Shown: positions 1 through 12,415 of the stretch, in pieces
How the letters are laid out: every line of letters starts with the position of its first letter
Position numbering within the stretch: position 1 is the stretch's first letter
Assembly: GCF_028641065.1 (NCBI RefSeq)
Contig: NC_073403.1
Location: 23,374,001 to 23,438,000, forward strand
Length of the DNA: 64,000 nt
DNA from: Leucoraja erinacea
Lineage: Eukaryota
Direction of reading: 5' to 3'
The notes under the pieces: generated by a model
Told to the model about the DNA's origin: nothing
Database searches by the model: none
Seen by the model: the letters and a program-made list of their open reading frames with translations, nothing else
Made by a program: the position numbers and the translations under genes

Positions 1-1442
1 TGCATTCATAGAATGGCTCTGCCAGCTGGAGAAGACACAAAGTTAATTAAACAGTGAGTCACGTGTTCACCAATCTTTGCTTTTGCTGCTGAGCACCATT
101 TGGGGTTTAAATTGTTTCTGCAAAATTACCTGAGTCACTTCCCCCTCCCTTCCCCCTCACTGAGGTCCCCCCACGCAGGGCCCTCCTTTGTTCCTTCCCT
201 TCACGATGAACGGTGGATGAAAATCCATGAAACAAAGCTCACCCCAATGAAAGGTAAGAGCTGGGAATCATTTCTGATGATCTATCACTTCAATTTGCAG
301 CAGTGTAGAATCCCCACCTGCCTCTCGAGCATCTAATGCAAGACATATGAGCATTCAATGGCCCTATAGATGGCCAGCTGTAATATCTTTCATCCAAATT
401 CAATGCACTATTTTAAAATATCATCGCAATTCCCTCGGATTAAATAGGAAAGCAAGATCAAGTTGTCTATAAACTCTTGACAGACCATTTATAAAAAGTT
501 TCCCCAGTTGGCTTCCTGTCTATCCTGAATCAGAATCAATTACGAAGCTACCAACACTTAGACCACACAATGACAGTGAATAGAAGCAAATGAAACGCAG
601 AAATTGAATTGAAACATAGCGCATCCCAGACGGTCATAATTCGTAAAGAACTTTGCAGTTCGCTGCTATTTCAGGTTTCCAAGTCATGCAGTAAAAGCAA
701 TCTTGAGTCTGATGGACTACTTCAGAGACAGGCTCATCTCAACACAGCAAACTCAATTGTGTGTGACCAACTTTTCCAAAGTCAAAAGTAAAATATCTTT
801 CTCTAAATAATTTGCCATGGACTTTCTCTTTGAAACAGAAGGGTAGCCTGTTCACTGAGTTCTGTGTGCACCTGAAAGGCAACTTTTGTTTTTATCCACC
901 ATGTTCTTCACGGGTGAGGGAGCACTTCACAACAAAGGCTTCAGCTAATTTAGACGGTGCCAGCTTTTCTAGCAGTAGAGGAAGAAAGCATCTAAATAAG
1001 GTCATTCTTTTTAGATGATGTCTTGTGAATCTAGCATTCGATTCAATCTGGGAGTGGTCATACATTAATCTCAGGATGTTTTCACACCCAGAACAATAAA
1101 ATAAAAACCTTGATTTCATTAAACCTGGAAGAAAAGAATAATATATTTAACACTGCAAGGCATTTGTGTCAACACAAGATCTTTATGTAAGTGTACCTGT
1201 AAAATGTGTCTAGTTTTATTGCCATTTTATAGCTGTGGTTGGCAAAGCATGGTAAGGGCCTACACTGGTAAATGAATCCAACAAAAGTCATAAGTGTACT
1301 TCAGCGGGTAATACCAACACATGCCCAAATACTGTGTGTGTTTGTAGGTTAATTGGCCTCTGTAAATTGCCCATAGTTTGCAGGGAGTTGATACGAAAGT
1401 GAGATTACATTGTGAAAGTGGGATAACATAGAACTAGGGAAC

Positions 1443-1635
1443 AGGGCAACACGTTGGTGCAGCTGGTAGAGCTGCTGCCTCACAGTGTCACAGACCCGGG
1501 TTCAATCCTGACCTCGGGTGCTGTCGGTGCAGATTTTGCTAGTTCTCCCTGTGACCACGTGAGGGATAACATAGAACTTGTGTGAACCGTTGATCGATGG
1601 TCGGCCTGGACTCTGTACCTCGAAACTAAACTCAA
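1443..1635 (+). mobile_element. HE1/V-SINE-type tRNA-derived SINE, internally deleted
   Basis: tRNA-like head (ggtgcagctggtagagctgctgcctcacag...ccgggttcaatcctgac) and (ctaaa) tail. Confidence 0.8.
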
Positions 1636-2003
1636 CTGTACTTAACTAAAATTGAAAATAATGTTATAACTCATTGAACAAATCCTCTTTTCTGCTATTT
1701 ACAATGTGATAGTAGGATAGCATGGAACCAGTGAGAATGGGTGAGCGATGGTTGGCATGGACCCGGTGGGCCGAAGGGCCTGCTTCCAATACTGTATCTT
1801 TCAATCAATCAATTTTATAAGACAAGCTGTGTTTTAGCATGAGGAAATTTAATTTTAGAAAATAAAATGCAATAGAGATGTATTAAACTTGGATAATAAA
1901 CGTACTGTTTTGGTGTTAATACCATTAAGTAAAGCTATTAAACATCAGCCATTGAATGCGGCATTGGAATGCCTGTGGTATTTGTATAGGTCTATGCAAG
2001 TAT

Positions 2004-2553
2004 AGTTTAGAAATACAGTGTGGAAACAGGCCCTTTGGCCCACCGAGTCCACACCGACCAGCGATCCCCACATATTCACCAGGGACTAACTTTACTGTAC
2101 CACTCTAGTGCTTTTTTCTTTTTAAATTGCTGTTTTCACCCCTTTTTCCTTCCGCCCACGATATTTAATATGAAAAAGAATATGTGATTCTGTTCCATTC
2201 TGTTTGTAGTTTGTTTGGTTGTTTGTTTGTCTTTTTGCACAATCCGCAAGCATTGCCACTTTTCATTTCACTGCACATCTCGTATGTGTATGTGACGAAT
2301 AAACTTGACTTGACTATTAACTCTATCCTACACACACTAGGGAAATTGTTTACATTTACCAAGCCAATTAACCTACATACCTGTATGTCTTTGGAGTGTG
2401 GGAGGAAAACAAAGATCTCGGAGAAAACCCACGCAGGTCACGGGGAGAACGTACGAATTCCGTACAGACAGCAACCGTAGTTGGGATCGAACCCGAGTCT
2501 CCGGCGCTGCATTCACTGTAAGGCAGCAACTCTACCGATGCGCCACCGTGCCG
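2004..2553 (-). mobile_element. HE1-type SINE interrupted by a LINE 3' tail (about 2083-2315)
   Basis: Reverse complement of the SINE consensus. The insert ends aataaacttgacttgact. Confidence 0.8.
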
Positions 2554-2654
2554 CCACCACGCAGTGAACACATTACATAAACTTTACATCCAGTAACATA
2601 TGACGGTAGAGAATACATTTTTTTTAGTCCAGCATACTGACAGAACTAACTCAC

Positions 2655-2711
2655 CCAAGGTAGGCTCCACACACTCCTTGTATTGCTCTGGGGTGCAATA
2701 GTGGGCATCAC
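2655..2711 (-). CDS. ASIC2: ASIC (ENaC/DEG family) internal coding exon, 57 nt: (G)DAHYCTPEQYKECVEPTL-
   Basis: Minus strand reads acattgcag|GT GAT GCC CAC TAT TGC ACC CCA GAG CAA TAC AAG GAG TGT GTG GAG CCT ACC TTG G|gtgagt, with canonical splice sites. Phase 1 matches the preceding exon, and the peptide matches ASIC1/2 'GDAP(Y/F)CTPEQ(Y/H)KECA(D/E)PAL'. Not in the ORF track. Family is confident; paralog call about 0.6. Confidence 0.92.
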
Positions 2712-2870
2712 CTGCAATGTAGATCAGTGGAAAGACATCAGTGAGTCTTCGTCAGAAATCCCCAACACTGTACTGTCCAGCACTGGTCAGTTTAGAAACA
2801 GAGGTAATATAAAGCAACAATATTCTCAGCACAATTTTTTTTGAGAACAAACAAGTAACTTGAATCAAAA

Positions 2871-3178
2871 TGGTGCAGTGGCAGAGCTGCTGCCTGACAG
2901 CGCCAGAGACCCGGACTCAATCCTGACTATGGTTGATGTCTGTGTGGGGTTTGTATGTTTTCCCTGTGATCGCTTGGGGTTTTACCCCGGGTGCTCCAGT
3001 TTCCTCCCACATTCTAAAGATGTACAGGTTTGTAGATTAATTGGCTTTCGTAAATTGCCCCTAATGTGTAGGGTGTGAAAGTGGGATAACATAGAACTAG
3101 TGAGCAGGTGATCGATGGTCGGTGTGGGCTCAATGGGCCGAAGGGAGTAGTTTACACACTGTATCTCTAAAACTAAAA
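2871..3178 (+). mobile_element. HE1-type SINE
   Basis: tRNA head, central ggtttcctcccacattc domain, tail ctgtatctctaaaactaaa. Confidence 0.85.
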
Positions 3179-3622
3179 GAAATTCCAAAGCATGGTGTCC
3201 AATGATCATGTCTGTTCTGACAGTCTGTTAGATTAATCCAAAACTAATCCTCTAACTCTGTTCTCCTTGTAGTTCTGCACTGCAATATTTCAAAATGTAT
3301 CAATTTTTCTCTTAAATTATACAGTAAGGCTTGGCTTCACGCCTTTTCCTGCTCTGTTGCTAGTACTTGCCATCAGCATTTTGACTGTTCGTTTGGGTTT
3401 AACTCGCAGTGAAGCTTGGTGGACACTTACAAACCACACACTGTAAACTACATAGTCAGAATTCTTTGAGCTCCAGGAATATTAGAGGATCCAGTCTCAA
3501 TTAATCTAAGCATATATTAGGAATGAACTCAATTGACGGCCAGAAATTTTAGGCCCATAAAGGACCAATCTTGCACACAAAAGATCTTGGAGGCAGTAAA
3601 ATGCAAACTTTCCTAATGGATT

Positions 3623-3870
3623 ATAGACACATAATGCTGGTGTAACTCAGCGGGTCAGGCAGCATCTCTGGAGAAAAGGAATAGGTGACGTTTCGGGTCG
3701 AGACCCTTCATCATTCTGGTGACCTAGATCCAGTTGAGTCTGATGAAGCGTCTCGACCTGAAACATCACATATTCCTTTTCTCCAGAGATGTTGCCTGAC
3801 CCGCTGAGTTACTCCAGCATTTTGTGTCTATCTCTGGTGTAAACCAGATTCTATAGTCCAGTCCTACATA
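3623..3870. mobile_element. Inverted pair of short Penelope-like terminal repeats
   Basis: About 90-bp arms (3623-3713 and 3741-3831) are reverse complements. The same sequence ends the GIY-YIG element at about 22210-22340. Confidence 0.75.
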
Positions 3871-4389
3871 TTTACTAATGGATTTTTGGGACAAGGGAGC
3901 AGTCTTCAATGGATTGAAGTATTACAGGTCTGTAGTCAGGAGTGTTTAGAAGAGTGACAGGTAACCGTATTGAAACTTTAAAATTCTCAGAGAGCTCGGA
4001 CTAAGATTAGGCATTTAAGATTGAGATGAAGAGGGACTTCTTCATTCAGCGGATTATGAACTGTTATAACTCTCTATCTCAGGTGCAATGGATACAGGTG
4101 GCTTCTCCTCTTCCGGACACTCTTCTCCCATCCTGAGTCCCAGATTTCTCCTTTATCCTCCCTCTTTCCCCTCTCCCCTGCCCCCTTCTACCCGTATCCC
4201 TCTCTCCAGCTTTACAATTCATTCCTCCTCTTCTTTCCTTATCTGCCATCCTTTTGTCTCCTTTTCGCTTCTAGCCTTTGTCACTTCCTTCACTCATGTG
4301 CGAATCGCCTCCCTCCTCTGACTGTCTCCACCTATCACTTACTAGACTTTGCCCCATTCCCACCTCTCTTTGCCAGCTTTTCCCTCTTA

Positions 4390-4565
4390 AGGGCCTGTCC
4401 CACATGGGCGTCATTTGCGCGTCATTTACGCGACATCATTTACACGTCACGATGCACGACCTGCGCATGGTGCGCGGTGACGTGCGGTCACGCCCGGCGC
4501 CCCAGGATTTTGGGATGTACAAAATCTTTGTGACGCACAAATGATGCCCAAGTGGGACAGGCCCT
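4390..4565. mobile_element. PIF/Harbinger-type MITE, family A
   Basis: TIR agggcctgtcccac/gtgggacaggccct with TTA TSD on both sides. Confidence 0.8.
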
Positions 4566-4713
4566 TTACTCCATCAGTCTGAAGAAGGGGAACGACCTAA
4601 AACATCGCCTTTCCTTTCCCTCCACAGATACAGCTTGACCTAGTGAGAACCTGCAGCCTTTTGTTTTATGACATGGACACCATTGAACTTGTTCAGTACC
4701 AAACAATAGACTT

Positions 4714-4714
<1 letters not shown>

Positions 4715-4751
<37 letters not shown>
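4715..4751. repeat. (TAA)n microsatellite, probably the tail of a minus-strand LINE 3' UTR extending to about 5000
   Basis: About 12 TAA units. Confidence 0.85.
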
Positions 4752-4752
<1 letters not shown>

Positions 4753-5908
4753 TCTTTTTTTGTCATTGCACATGGTGCAACGAGATTTGGTATACGGCTT
4801 CCATCCGATAGGCATAACTTGAACAACTAATACAATTTAGATACCCCGAGAAACATGATTTATATATTTTTTAAAACAGTAAAACAGTCTAAAGTGCAAA
4901 TATGTATGTGCCGGGTCGATGTGCGTGAATACCGTTCATAGGGGTGGGGGGGGCGTGGACACTCAGCAGGGCCGGTTCAGCAGCAAGAAAAGCTGAGGAC
5001 ATTAAAGATAAAGGCGTAGAGGGGTGGAATTCTGGAATTGCATCGAGAGCTTTTTGAGTCATAAGTAGATGGCCTGACGAGAGAATGGCCAGTGCTGGAC
5101 CTACTCTTGGGGAATACAGCCCAGGCAAGTGATTGACGTGTTAGTGGGAGAGTTGCTATGTAATTACGGAGAGGAATAAGGATGGGTTGAAACAGAAGCT
5201 ACTAAACTGTGGGAAGATCAAGGTCAATGTCTTACGACAAAACCCAGCAGCAAAAGACTGGAAGCAGCTATTCGCAGGTAGCTCAACATCGGACAAATGA
5301 CGACATACAGAGGTGATATAATGAGAGTTCAGGGTCACCATGTTCCAGTAAAGATGAACGGTCTGCACAGCAAGTGCCAGGAAGCCTGGATGTCGAAAGA
5401 TAGTAAAAAGAATAAGAAGGCAGCAGGTGGGTGCAATAGAGAACTGAAGAAAAGGCAAGCTCTTTAGCAGTTTTGATAACAAATCTCAAGGTCCTGATGC
5501 AGGGTCTGGACCTGAAACAGCGACGTGCATCTTTATCCTCTTCACTCGCTGAATGAGTTACTGAGTCTTTGGGTGTGTTAAGTCAAATCCAAGAATCTCT
5601 GCAAGTAGCAGTGCAGATCGTAAAGGTGACTACGCAGACATGTGGAATATTTTCCTTCACTAGTGGGTCATACATCAGGGAGATTATGACACAACTTTAT
5701 AAAACATTGGTTTGGCCACAGCTGGACAACTTCTGGTTGACAGGCTGTGGGATGTGATTGGTGTGATTGGAGAAGTGGGAGCGGATGTTACATGGGGATG
5801 GAGCGTTTCAATTATGAGGAGAGGCTGGTATGTTGCCTTTGTTTTCCTTGCATAGAAGAGGCTGAATGGGGACCTGTCAGAGGCATACAGAATGATTTTA
5901 AAAAAAGA

Positions 5909-6205
5909 GCGGCATAGTTTCACAGCGGTAGATTTGCTGCCTCACACACCAGAGACCAGAGTCCACTGTCACTATGGAGTCCATGCATTCTCCCTGTAAC
6001 CGGGTGGGTTTCCTCCGGGGGATCCGGTTTCCTCCCACAATCCAAAGACGGGTTTGTAGGTTAATTGGCCTCTGTAGAATTTCCCCTGGTGTGTAGGGAG
6101 TGGATGAGAAAGTGGGATAACATAGAACTAGTGTGAACGGGTGATCGATGGTCGGCGTGGACTCGGTGGGCCAAAGGGCCTGCATCCAGGCTGTACCTCC
6201 AAACT
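5909..6205 (+). mobile_element. HE1-type SINE
   Basis: Matches the other copies (head, ggtttcctcccac, gggccaaagggcctg tail). Confidence 0.8.
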
Positions 6206-6294
6206 CGAAAAAAGCTGCCCTAATGGAAGCAATCGTTGCAAATCCTCTCCACCTTGCCCACAGATATCAGTACTGCAGAAGGTTACATACTCAC

Positions 6295-6445
6295 CCGGCA
6301 TGTGTACCATCCGACAGTTGCAGTTCTCCACCAGGTACCTGGTTTCACAGTCGATCCTGCAGGCCGTGATACTGTAGCTGGAGAAGAAGTCTGTGTTGAC
6401 AGCTGCAGATTGGCAGTCTCCCCAGGGCGGCGGCAGGTATATCAG
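6295..6445 (-). CDS. ASIC2: ASIC internal coding exon, 151 nt, cysteine-rich thumb region: [50 protein letters not shown](G)
   Basis: Hallmark ASIC1/ASIC2 peptide inside ORF 6128..6466. Acceptor tgctgctttcag|CTG and donor ATG CCG G|gtgagt. ASIC1 is not excluded. Confidence 0.95.
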
Positions 6446-6781
6446 CTGAAAGCAGCAACAATGCACACATCAAATAGCGCATTAAACTTCAATGCGAGGC
6501 ATTTCAATAATACTATATTCAACACGGACAGTTTATGCACAGCTCCACTTTCGATCCCGTTTATTTACTATAAAATTCAACAAGGTTGTAAATTTTGGTT
6601 TACTTGGAGAGAGGATGCTTAAAGTAAGGTTTGCACCATTGAACCATTGAAATGTAGCAGATGAAATTAAATGCTAACATGACAACAGTTCTTTTCAGGC
6701 TCCAGGGAGGTTAGGCTTCCCCTGATGGAGGCGTTTTAAACCAGGGCCACAGTCTCAGAGAAAGGGTTAGCTTATTCAGGA

Positions 6782-7053
6782 GGGGCGGCACAGTGGCGCA
6801 GCGGTAGAGTTGCTGCCTTACAACACCAGAGACCTGGGTTCGGTCCCGACTATGGGTGCTGTCTGTACGTAGTCTGTATGTTTTCCCAATGGGTTTGCTC
6901 CGGATTCCTCCTACATTCCAAAGATGTGCAGGTTTGTAGGTTAGTTGGCTACTTTAAATTGCCCCAGTGCGTTGGGTAGAGTTAGTGTACGGGTGATCGC
7001 TGGTCGGCGTGGTCTCTGTGGGATGAAGGGCACGTTCCCACACTGTATCAGTA
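6782..7053 (+). mobile_element. HE1-type SINE
   Basis: ggcggcacagtggcgcagcggtagagttgctgcc head with A/B-box-like motifs. Confidence 0.85.
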
Positions 7054-9026
7054 AAAAAAAGCACTCAGAGTATGCTGAGTCCAACCTCATATCAATCTTG
7101 ACTTTTCCTATTCATGTACATGACCAAATATTTTATATTGTTTAACTTCACAGCTTTACGTCTTTAATTTTTAACAAAAAATTGTTGTATTGTTGAGAGA
7201 GTTAGATATAGGTCTTAGGGCTAACGGAATCATGGGATATGGGGAGAAACCGGAACGGGGAACTGATTTTGGATGATCAGCCATGATCATATTGAATTGG
7301 GGTCAAGGAAAGAGCGATCACATCGCGGTCCTGTTTCAACCAAACGTTCCACCACCACGCACAAGAAGCATAAGAAGCGACAGGACAGACACCATTGTTT
7401 GCAAATGTTGAGAAGTGTGTTCAGCTCTGAAGAAGAAGATCATAATGAATTGTGGTGCTGGCTTGGAGGGCCGAATGCCCTCCAATTTCTATGTGTCTAT
7501 GTAATTAGAACAAGAATTGTGCAATCTGGCAATCTGTATAAATCACTACTGGATAGAAATTCCAGCATTTCCATGTTTATAATCAGAACAAGACACAACA
7601 TGCTGGAGTAAATCCAGCTGCTGGGTCAGGTAGCAAATCTAGCAAACATGGATAGGTGACAGATCAAGTCAGGACCCTTCTTCACGTTGATTGCTGGGGG
7701 AAGGAGTGGGGGGGGGGGGGGGGGGGGGGGGGAGCTGGAAAGCGGGAAGAGAGGAGGGGAAAATCAGGACATTCTTCTTTGCTCACTTATTACCGCAATT
7801 GACATGCCAATTCACCGATACATGAAAACTTCTGACAATCATAGTTAAAACGTCCAAATATCTCTCATGATGGATTTTTACGTTATTCATATTTAATGTG
7901 AACTTCACATTATAAAATAAAAATTTTCTGCATCAATAATTTTCTCAAATTTGACAATGAAATTCTCTGCTGGAAATTGCAAACTTAAACATTATGTAAC
8001 AAAATCAAACATAATCTTTGGTCAAATATGCTTTGTAAGAAAATGTAGGTTACGGCTCTACGGTGAAACGTTACTTATATAAAATATCGGCTCGGTGTTC
8101 CCAATGAATATAATAGCATATCAAATTATAAGACAAGTCCACCATCAATTTTCCGGTTATTTTTGGATAAAATCCTCCCCGGATGCCCCCCAGAAAATAT
8201 GGTGCCTTGGCCAGGTGTGGCCGCCAATCTCTACCTCATCAGGACTTCACCGGCCGATTGGCGGGTCGAATTTGCCACCTGCGGCTGAGACTCTGGAAAT
8301 CTGACCCAGCTGGAGCCTGCAGATCGGTTCCCATAGCCGACTTCCACGGCAGACTTTGCAGGCTTGTGCCTTGGCCACCCCCAAGGCCGTGACCTCTGTT
8401 GGTCTGGCAAAACGGATCAACCAGAAAGGCTCTGGTGAATCTGTACCATGCAGAAAACCAGGGCTGTCCAGCTTTGAATCACACTGCCAGATAATCACCA
8501 ACCAGCATACACTTCATGGAGAACTGCAAAGGAAAGCTAAATATCAAGCTAGTAACTGTGTGAATAGAGTGAGTATAGTGAGCTGAGGGGAAATGCATCA
8601 GGGCTACCAGCTGGAAAAGTACCAATAGCACTGCCTTTATTTGCAAACTAACTGGACTTCTGGGAGATGGATCACTCATCTGTACCTTGCAAAGCAAAAT
8701 GCTTTAAATTGATCCCTTGTTGGAGCAGAGACTGCATTATATGAGGCATAAATAGATTAACAACTAATGAAGGCGGATGTGATTCCTTTAATTGGTTTTA
8801 ATTGCTGGAGGGTTTGGAGAGGAATTTTCCTGATTATTCTTTCCTTGTAAAACATTGTTTTTTTTGGTAATTCCAAAGGATTGAATTAGTTTGGGGATAA
8901 GATATATTGGGAAATGGAGCTCCAAGTATCGTTTTAGTGGAACGGACTTGACGTATTAGCTGCACTTTTCAGGGTCTTGGATGGCCATAAGACAAAGGAG
9001 GAAAATCAGACCATTCAGCTGACTGA

Positions 9027-9294
9027 AGGCCCAGTCCCACTGTACGAGGTAATTCAAGAGTTCTCCCGCGTTTTCCCCTGATTTGAACTCAGAGAATGTA
9101 CGTAGCGGGTACGTAGCGTGTACGTAGGAGCTCGTGGTTGTCTCGTAGCGGCTCGTAATGCTAACGGCAGGTACTCAGGAAACGCGGTAACTCATGAACA
9201 CGTTGAAAAGTGTCCAAGAGTAAAAAAATACTCGTGATGAACTTACCACGAGTTTGAGAGCTCTTATGTAAACTCGCATAGTGGGACAGGGGCT
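9027..9294. mobile_element. PIF/Harbinger-type MITE, family B
   Basis: TIR aggcccagtcccac/gtgggacaggggct with TGA TSD. Inserted in a CR1 tail. Confidence 0.75.
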
Positions 9295-9433
9295 TGATTC
9301 TACTCCACCATTCAATCATGACTGATCTATTTTCCCCTGTCAACCCCATTCTCCTGCCTTCTCCCCATAACCTTTGACGCCCTTACTAATCAAGAAGTTT
9401 GTGTGCTGAGTACCAATCTGTAAATTTCAGCAG

Positions 9434-9995
9434 TCTTCTTCTTGCATATGGCATGCACAGCCTAAAGTCGTAGATCAAGGGTAGACATCCAGGCCAGGAC
9501 AGCATCAGTTACTGGGTGGATGGCTTTGATGCCCCCAGGGAAAAGCCTCAGTGAGCAGTCATTCACAATGGGTGGGATGGTCTGGTCTGGATGTCAAGCA
9601 AGGCTATCTGTCATCCCCCACTTATGCAGGCGATGGGCTGTTCTTGCATGGAGGGTGCGGATTCTGTTCAAGGTTAGCCATTGCCTGCGATGGAGGTCAA
9701 AACCCGGTGGTTTCACTGTGGGGCCTCTGATGACCTCTCCGTTGTTGGTGTTGGCATCTTTCCAGCCTCTGCTCCACACATTTTTGGAGTCAAAGTCTTC
9801 CAGGAATTTAACGGAAGACCAGAAGGGTATGCGGGACTTCAGGCGCATGTTGGGCAGATTGTTTAAGTCAGCATGGATGGGAAGGTCAGGGTTAGCCTCG
9901 ATGGTGCACCAATCTTTCAACATCCTCTCCCTTCTGCGTATGCTAGGAGGGGCAATATGAGAGAGGACAGGGAATCACTGTAGAGGTGTTGAATT
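9434..9995 (-). mobile_element. Vingi/Ingi-clade LINE, degenerate 3' fragment
   Basis: Translation gives TPLQ*FPVLSHIAPPSIRR, RLKSRIPFW, PPGFDLHRRQWLTLNRIRT...HKWG, QTIPPIVNDC..RLFPGG, followed by a short 3' UTR and (GAA)n tail. Confidence 0.7.
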
Positions 9996-10399
9996 CAGGA
10001 GTACAACAGCAACATTGTTCTGATATCTGTAGAGGCCAGATTCCATACAGAATGGGATGGAGGCTGGTACTCCACTCCAAAGAGTTACGGCAACTATGCG
10101 TCACTTTGCACTATCCTGGACATTATTCGTTAATATGCAGTCATATACAGACCTTTGGTCTGAGTTCCTGTAACAAGCAGGAACAGCCATGAGTCATAGA
10201 GAATCATTTAGTCCTCCAGCACAGGAGCAGGTCTTACAGCCCAATTTGCCCATACCGACCAAAATGCCCCATCTACAATAGTCTCTCCTGCCTGCGATTG
10301 GCCTGTACCACTCTAAGCCATTCCTCTCTGGAGCTTCTTTCCACATATTTTCCAGACATATCATTGGATTTTTATAACCAACCATTGACTCCACTTACA

Positions 10400-10820
10400 C
10401 TTCACGCTGCCTCAGCAAGGTCAGCAGCAAAATCAAGGCTGAGTCTCTCCTCGTTCATTCCCTCTTCTTCCATCTCCCATCAGGCAAGGTGTGTAGAAGC
10501 GTGAAAGCGCACACATCCAGATTCAGGGACAGTTTTTTCCACAGCTGTTATCAGTCAACTGAACCATCCTAACAACAACTACAGAGTGGTCTTGAACTAC
10601 TATCTACCTCATTGGAGACCCTCGGACTATCTTTACTCAGACTTCACTGGACTTTATCTTCCACTAAACATTATTCCCTTTATCATCACTCTGCACACTG
10701 TGGATGACCCGATTGTAATCATGTATAGTCTTTCCACTGACTGATTAGCACGCGACAAATGCATTTCACTGTGGCTCGGTACACACGACAATATTTATTA
10801 AACTAAACTAAACTAAAAGT
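10400..10820 (+). mobile_element. Rex1/L2-like LINE 3' fragment
   Basis: ccagattcagggacagtttt...gctgttatcag...(aaact)n tail. Similar copy at 52440-52850. Confidence 0.6.
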
Positions 10821-11454
10821 ATATACGCTGAGCTCCACTGCGCTATCGAATTCTCAGTCCAACACTTAAACAGATATTACCGTCAGCACCTCCTCAAGCA
10901 TTGCAATAACTACACCAGTTCAAACAGAGGCAAGGACACTTCTCTCAGGATGGAATTTATTGCATCATTTATATTGAATGCAAACTTCATGTAACAATGT
11001 TGGAATTTCTGCATCAATGATTCTCCCAGAAGGTGTCAATGAAATTCACTTCTGGCCCATGGAACCCTCAATGCTGTGTGTCTAGAATGGATTAAAACTT
11101 GACTGTCGTAAGATTAATCTTCGATATGAAAGGACTCAGCAGACCAGACCAATAAACCAGAGGTATAAAAGAAACAACCAAACAAAGAGAGATGTTTCAA
11201 TTTTATTTTAATAAAGAGTATGTTATCCTATTTGCCTTCTTTCTCGTGTGTGGTCGCTTCCCCCCAGATATGTATAAAATACATGCAATGGTGCTCAGAC
11301 TAAAAGGATTACAATGTCTGGCGCAGATTTTCTGGACTTCCCCTGGCCATTTTCACTGAAGTACTTGCATATAGCTTTTTCAAGTTCATCACAGCAGTTT
11401 ATCCTGCCTCATATAATCCAATCAAAGTGTTTAGACCACGCTCACTTCAGCCTC

Positions 11455-11766
11455 AGGTTTTAGTTTTAGTTTCAGAGATACAGCACGGAAACAGGCCCTT
11501 CGGCCCATCGGGTCCGCGCTGACCAGCAGCGATCCCTGGACATTACCACTACCCTACACACACTAGTGACAATTTTTACATTTACCAAGCCAATTAACCT
11601 ACATCCTTCAAAATGTGGGAGGAAACCGAAGATCTCGGAGAAAACCAACACAGGTCATGGGGAGAACGTACGAACTCCGTACAGACAGCACCCGTAGTCG
11701 AGATTGAACCTGGGTCTCAGGTGCTGCAAGCACTATAAGGCAGCAACTCTACCGATGTGACACCAT
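11455..11766 (-). mobile_element. HE1-type SINE
   Basis: Reverse complement of the SINE consensus. Confidence 0.85.
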
Positions 11767-12059
11767 AAGCTAGAGCGAGGTAACCTGGCATTTGGCACAA
11801 ATAATTGAATTTGGAGAAGAGAGTGCCACCCCAGCGAAACGCAGCTCAGGCCTCAGGTTTCCTGCTGTAACGCACCAAGCCAATCTGGTATCATCTAATT
11901 GGAATCTGTTGTGCAGAACGTTAATACTACAACATCCTGGAGGCTTGCTGGGCATTAATAAACTACCACGAAGAAGCTTACACTTCATCTGCTGTTATTT
12001 CTGAAATGGAATCAACCAAGCTAATCTATCTGGTTGCTTGCCTTAGTATTCTTCTTTGG

Positions 12060-12355
12060 ACATAGAACAATACAGCACAAGATAAGGCCATTCAGCCCAC
12101 AATGTCCATAAGACCATTGCTTATCTACCTGCACATAATCCATATCCCTACTTATCCATGTGCCTATCCACGAGCTTCTTAAATGCCACTATTGTATCAG
12201 CCCCAACCACCACTCCTGCCAGTGCATTCCAGGCACTCACCGACCTCTGTGTAAAAAAAATTGCCCTGCATATCTCCTTTAAACTTTGCCCCCTCACTTT
12301 AAAACTATACCCTCTAGTATTAGATCTTGCCATCCTGGGAAAAGGTTCTGACTGT
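12060..12355 (-). mobile_element. CR1/HER1 LINE 3' fragment
   Basis: Minus ORF 12148..12333 '[10 protein letters not shown]...[13 protein letters not shown]' is the CR1 ORF2 C-terminus. Confidence 0.75.
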
Positions 12356-12415
12356 GCCTCTCATATTTCATATTTTAATAACTTCTCTGTTGTTATACAC
12401 AATTATACACAAAAA

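Noticed and set aside
1-60. Acceptor-like signal on the minus strand (ttaactttgtgtcttctccag|CTGGCAGAG) as the next ASIC exon
   Set aside because: In the required phase 1 it reaches TGA within 7 codons, and no frame gives the expected ..EKD..C.C..PC peptide.
6782-6860. tRNA-like sequences at SINE heads as tRNA genes
   Set aside because: Each continues into the SINE body and tail and lacks a complete cloverleaf.
12158-12415. N-terminal part of the 337-aa ORF
   Set aside because: It is chance read-through of an antisense CR1 fragment and AT-rich flank; RT homology starts at about 12416.
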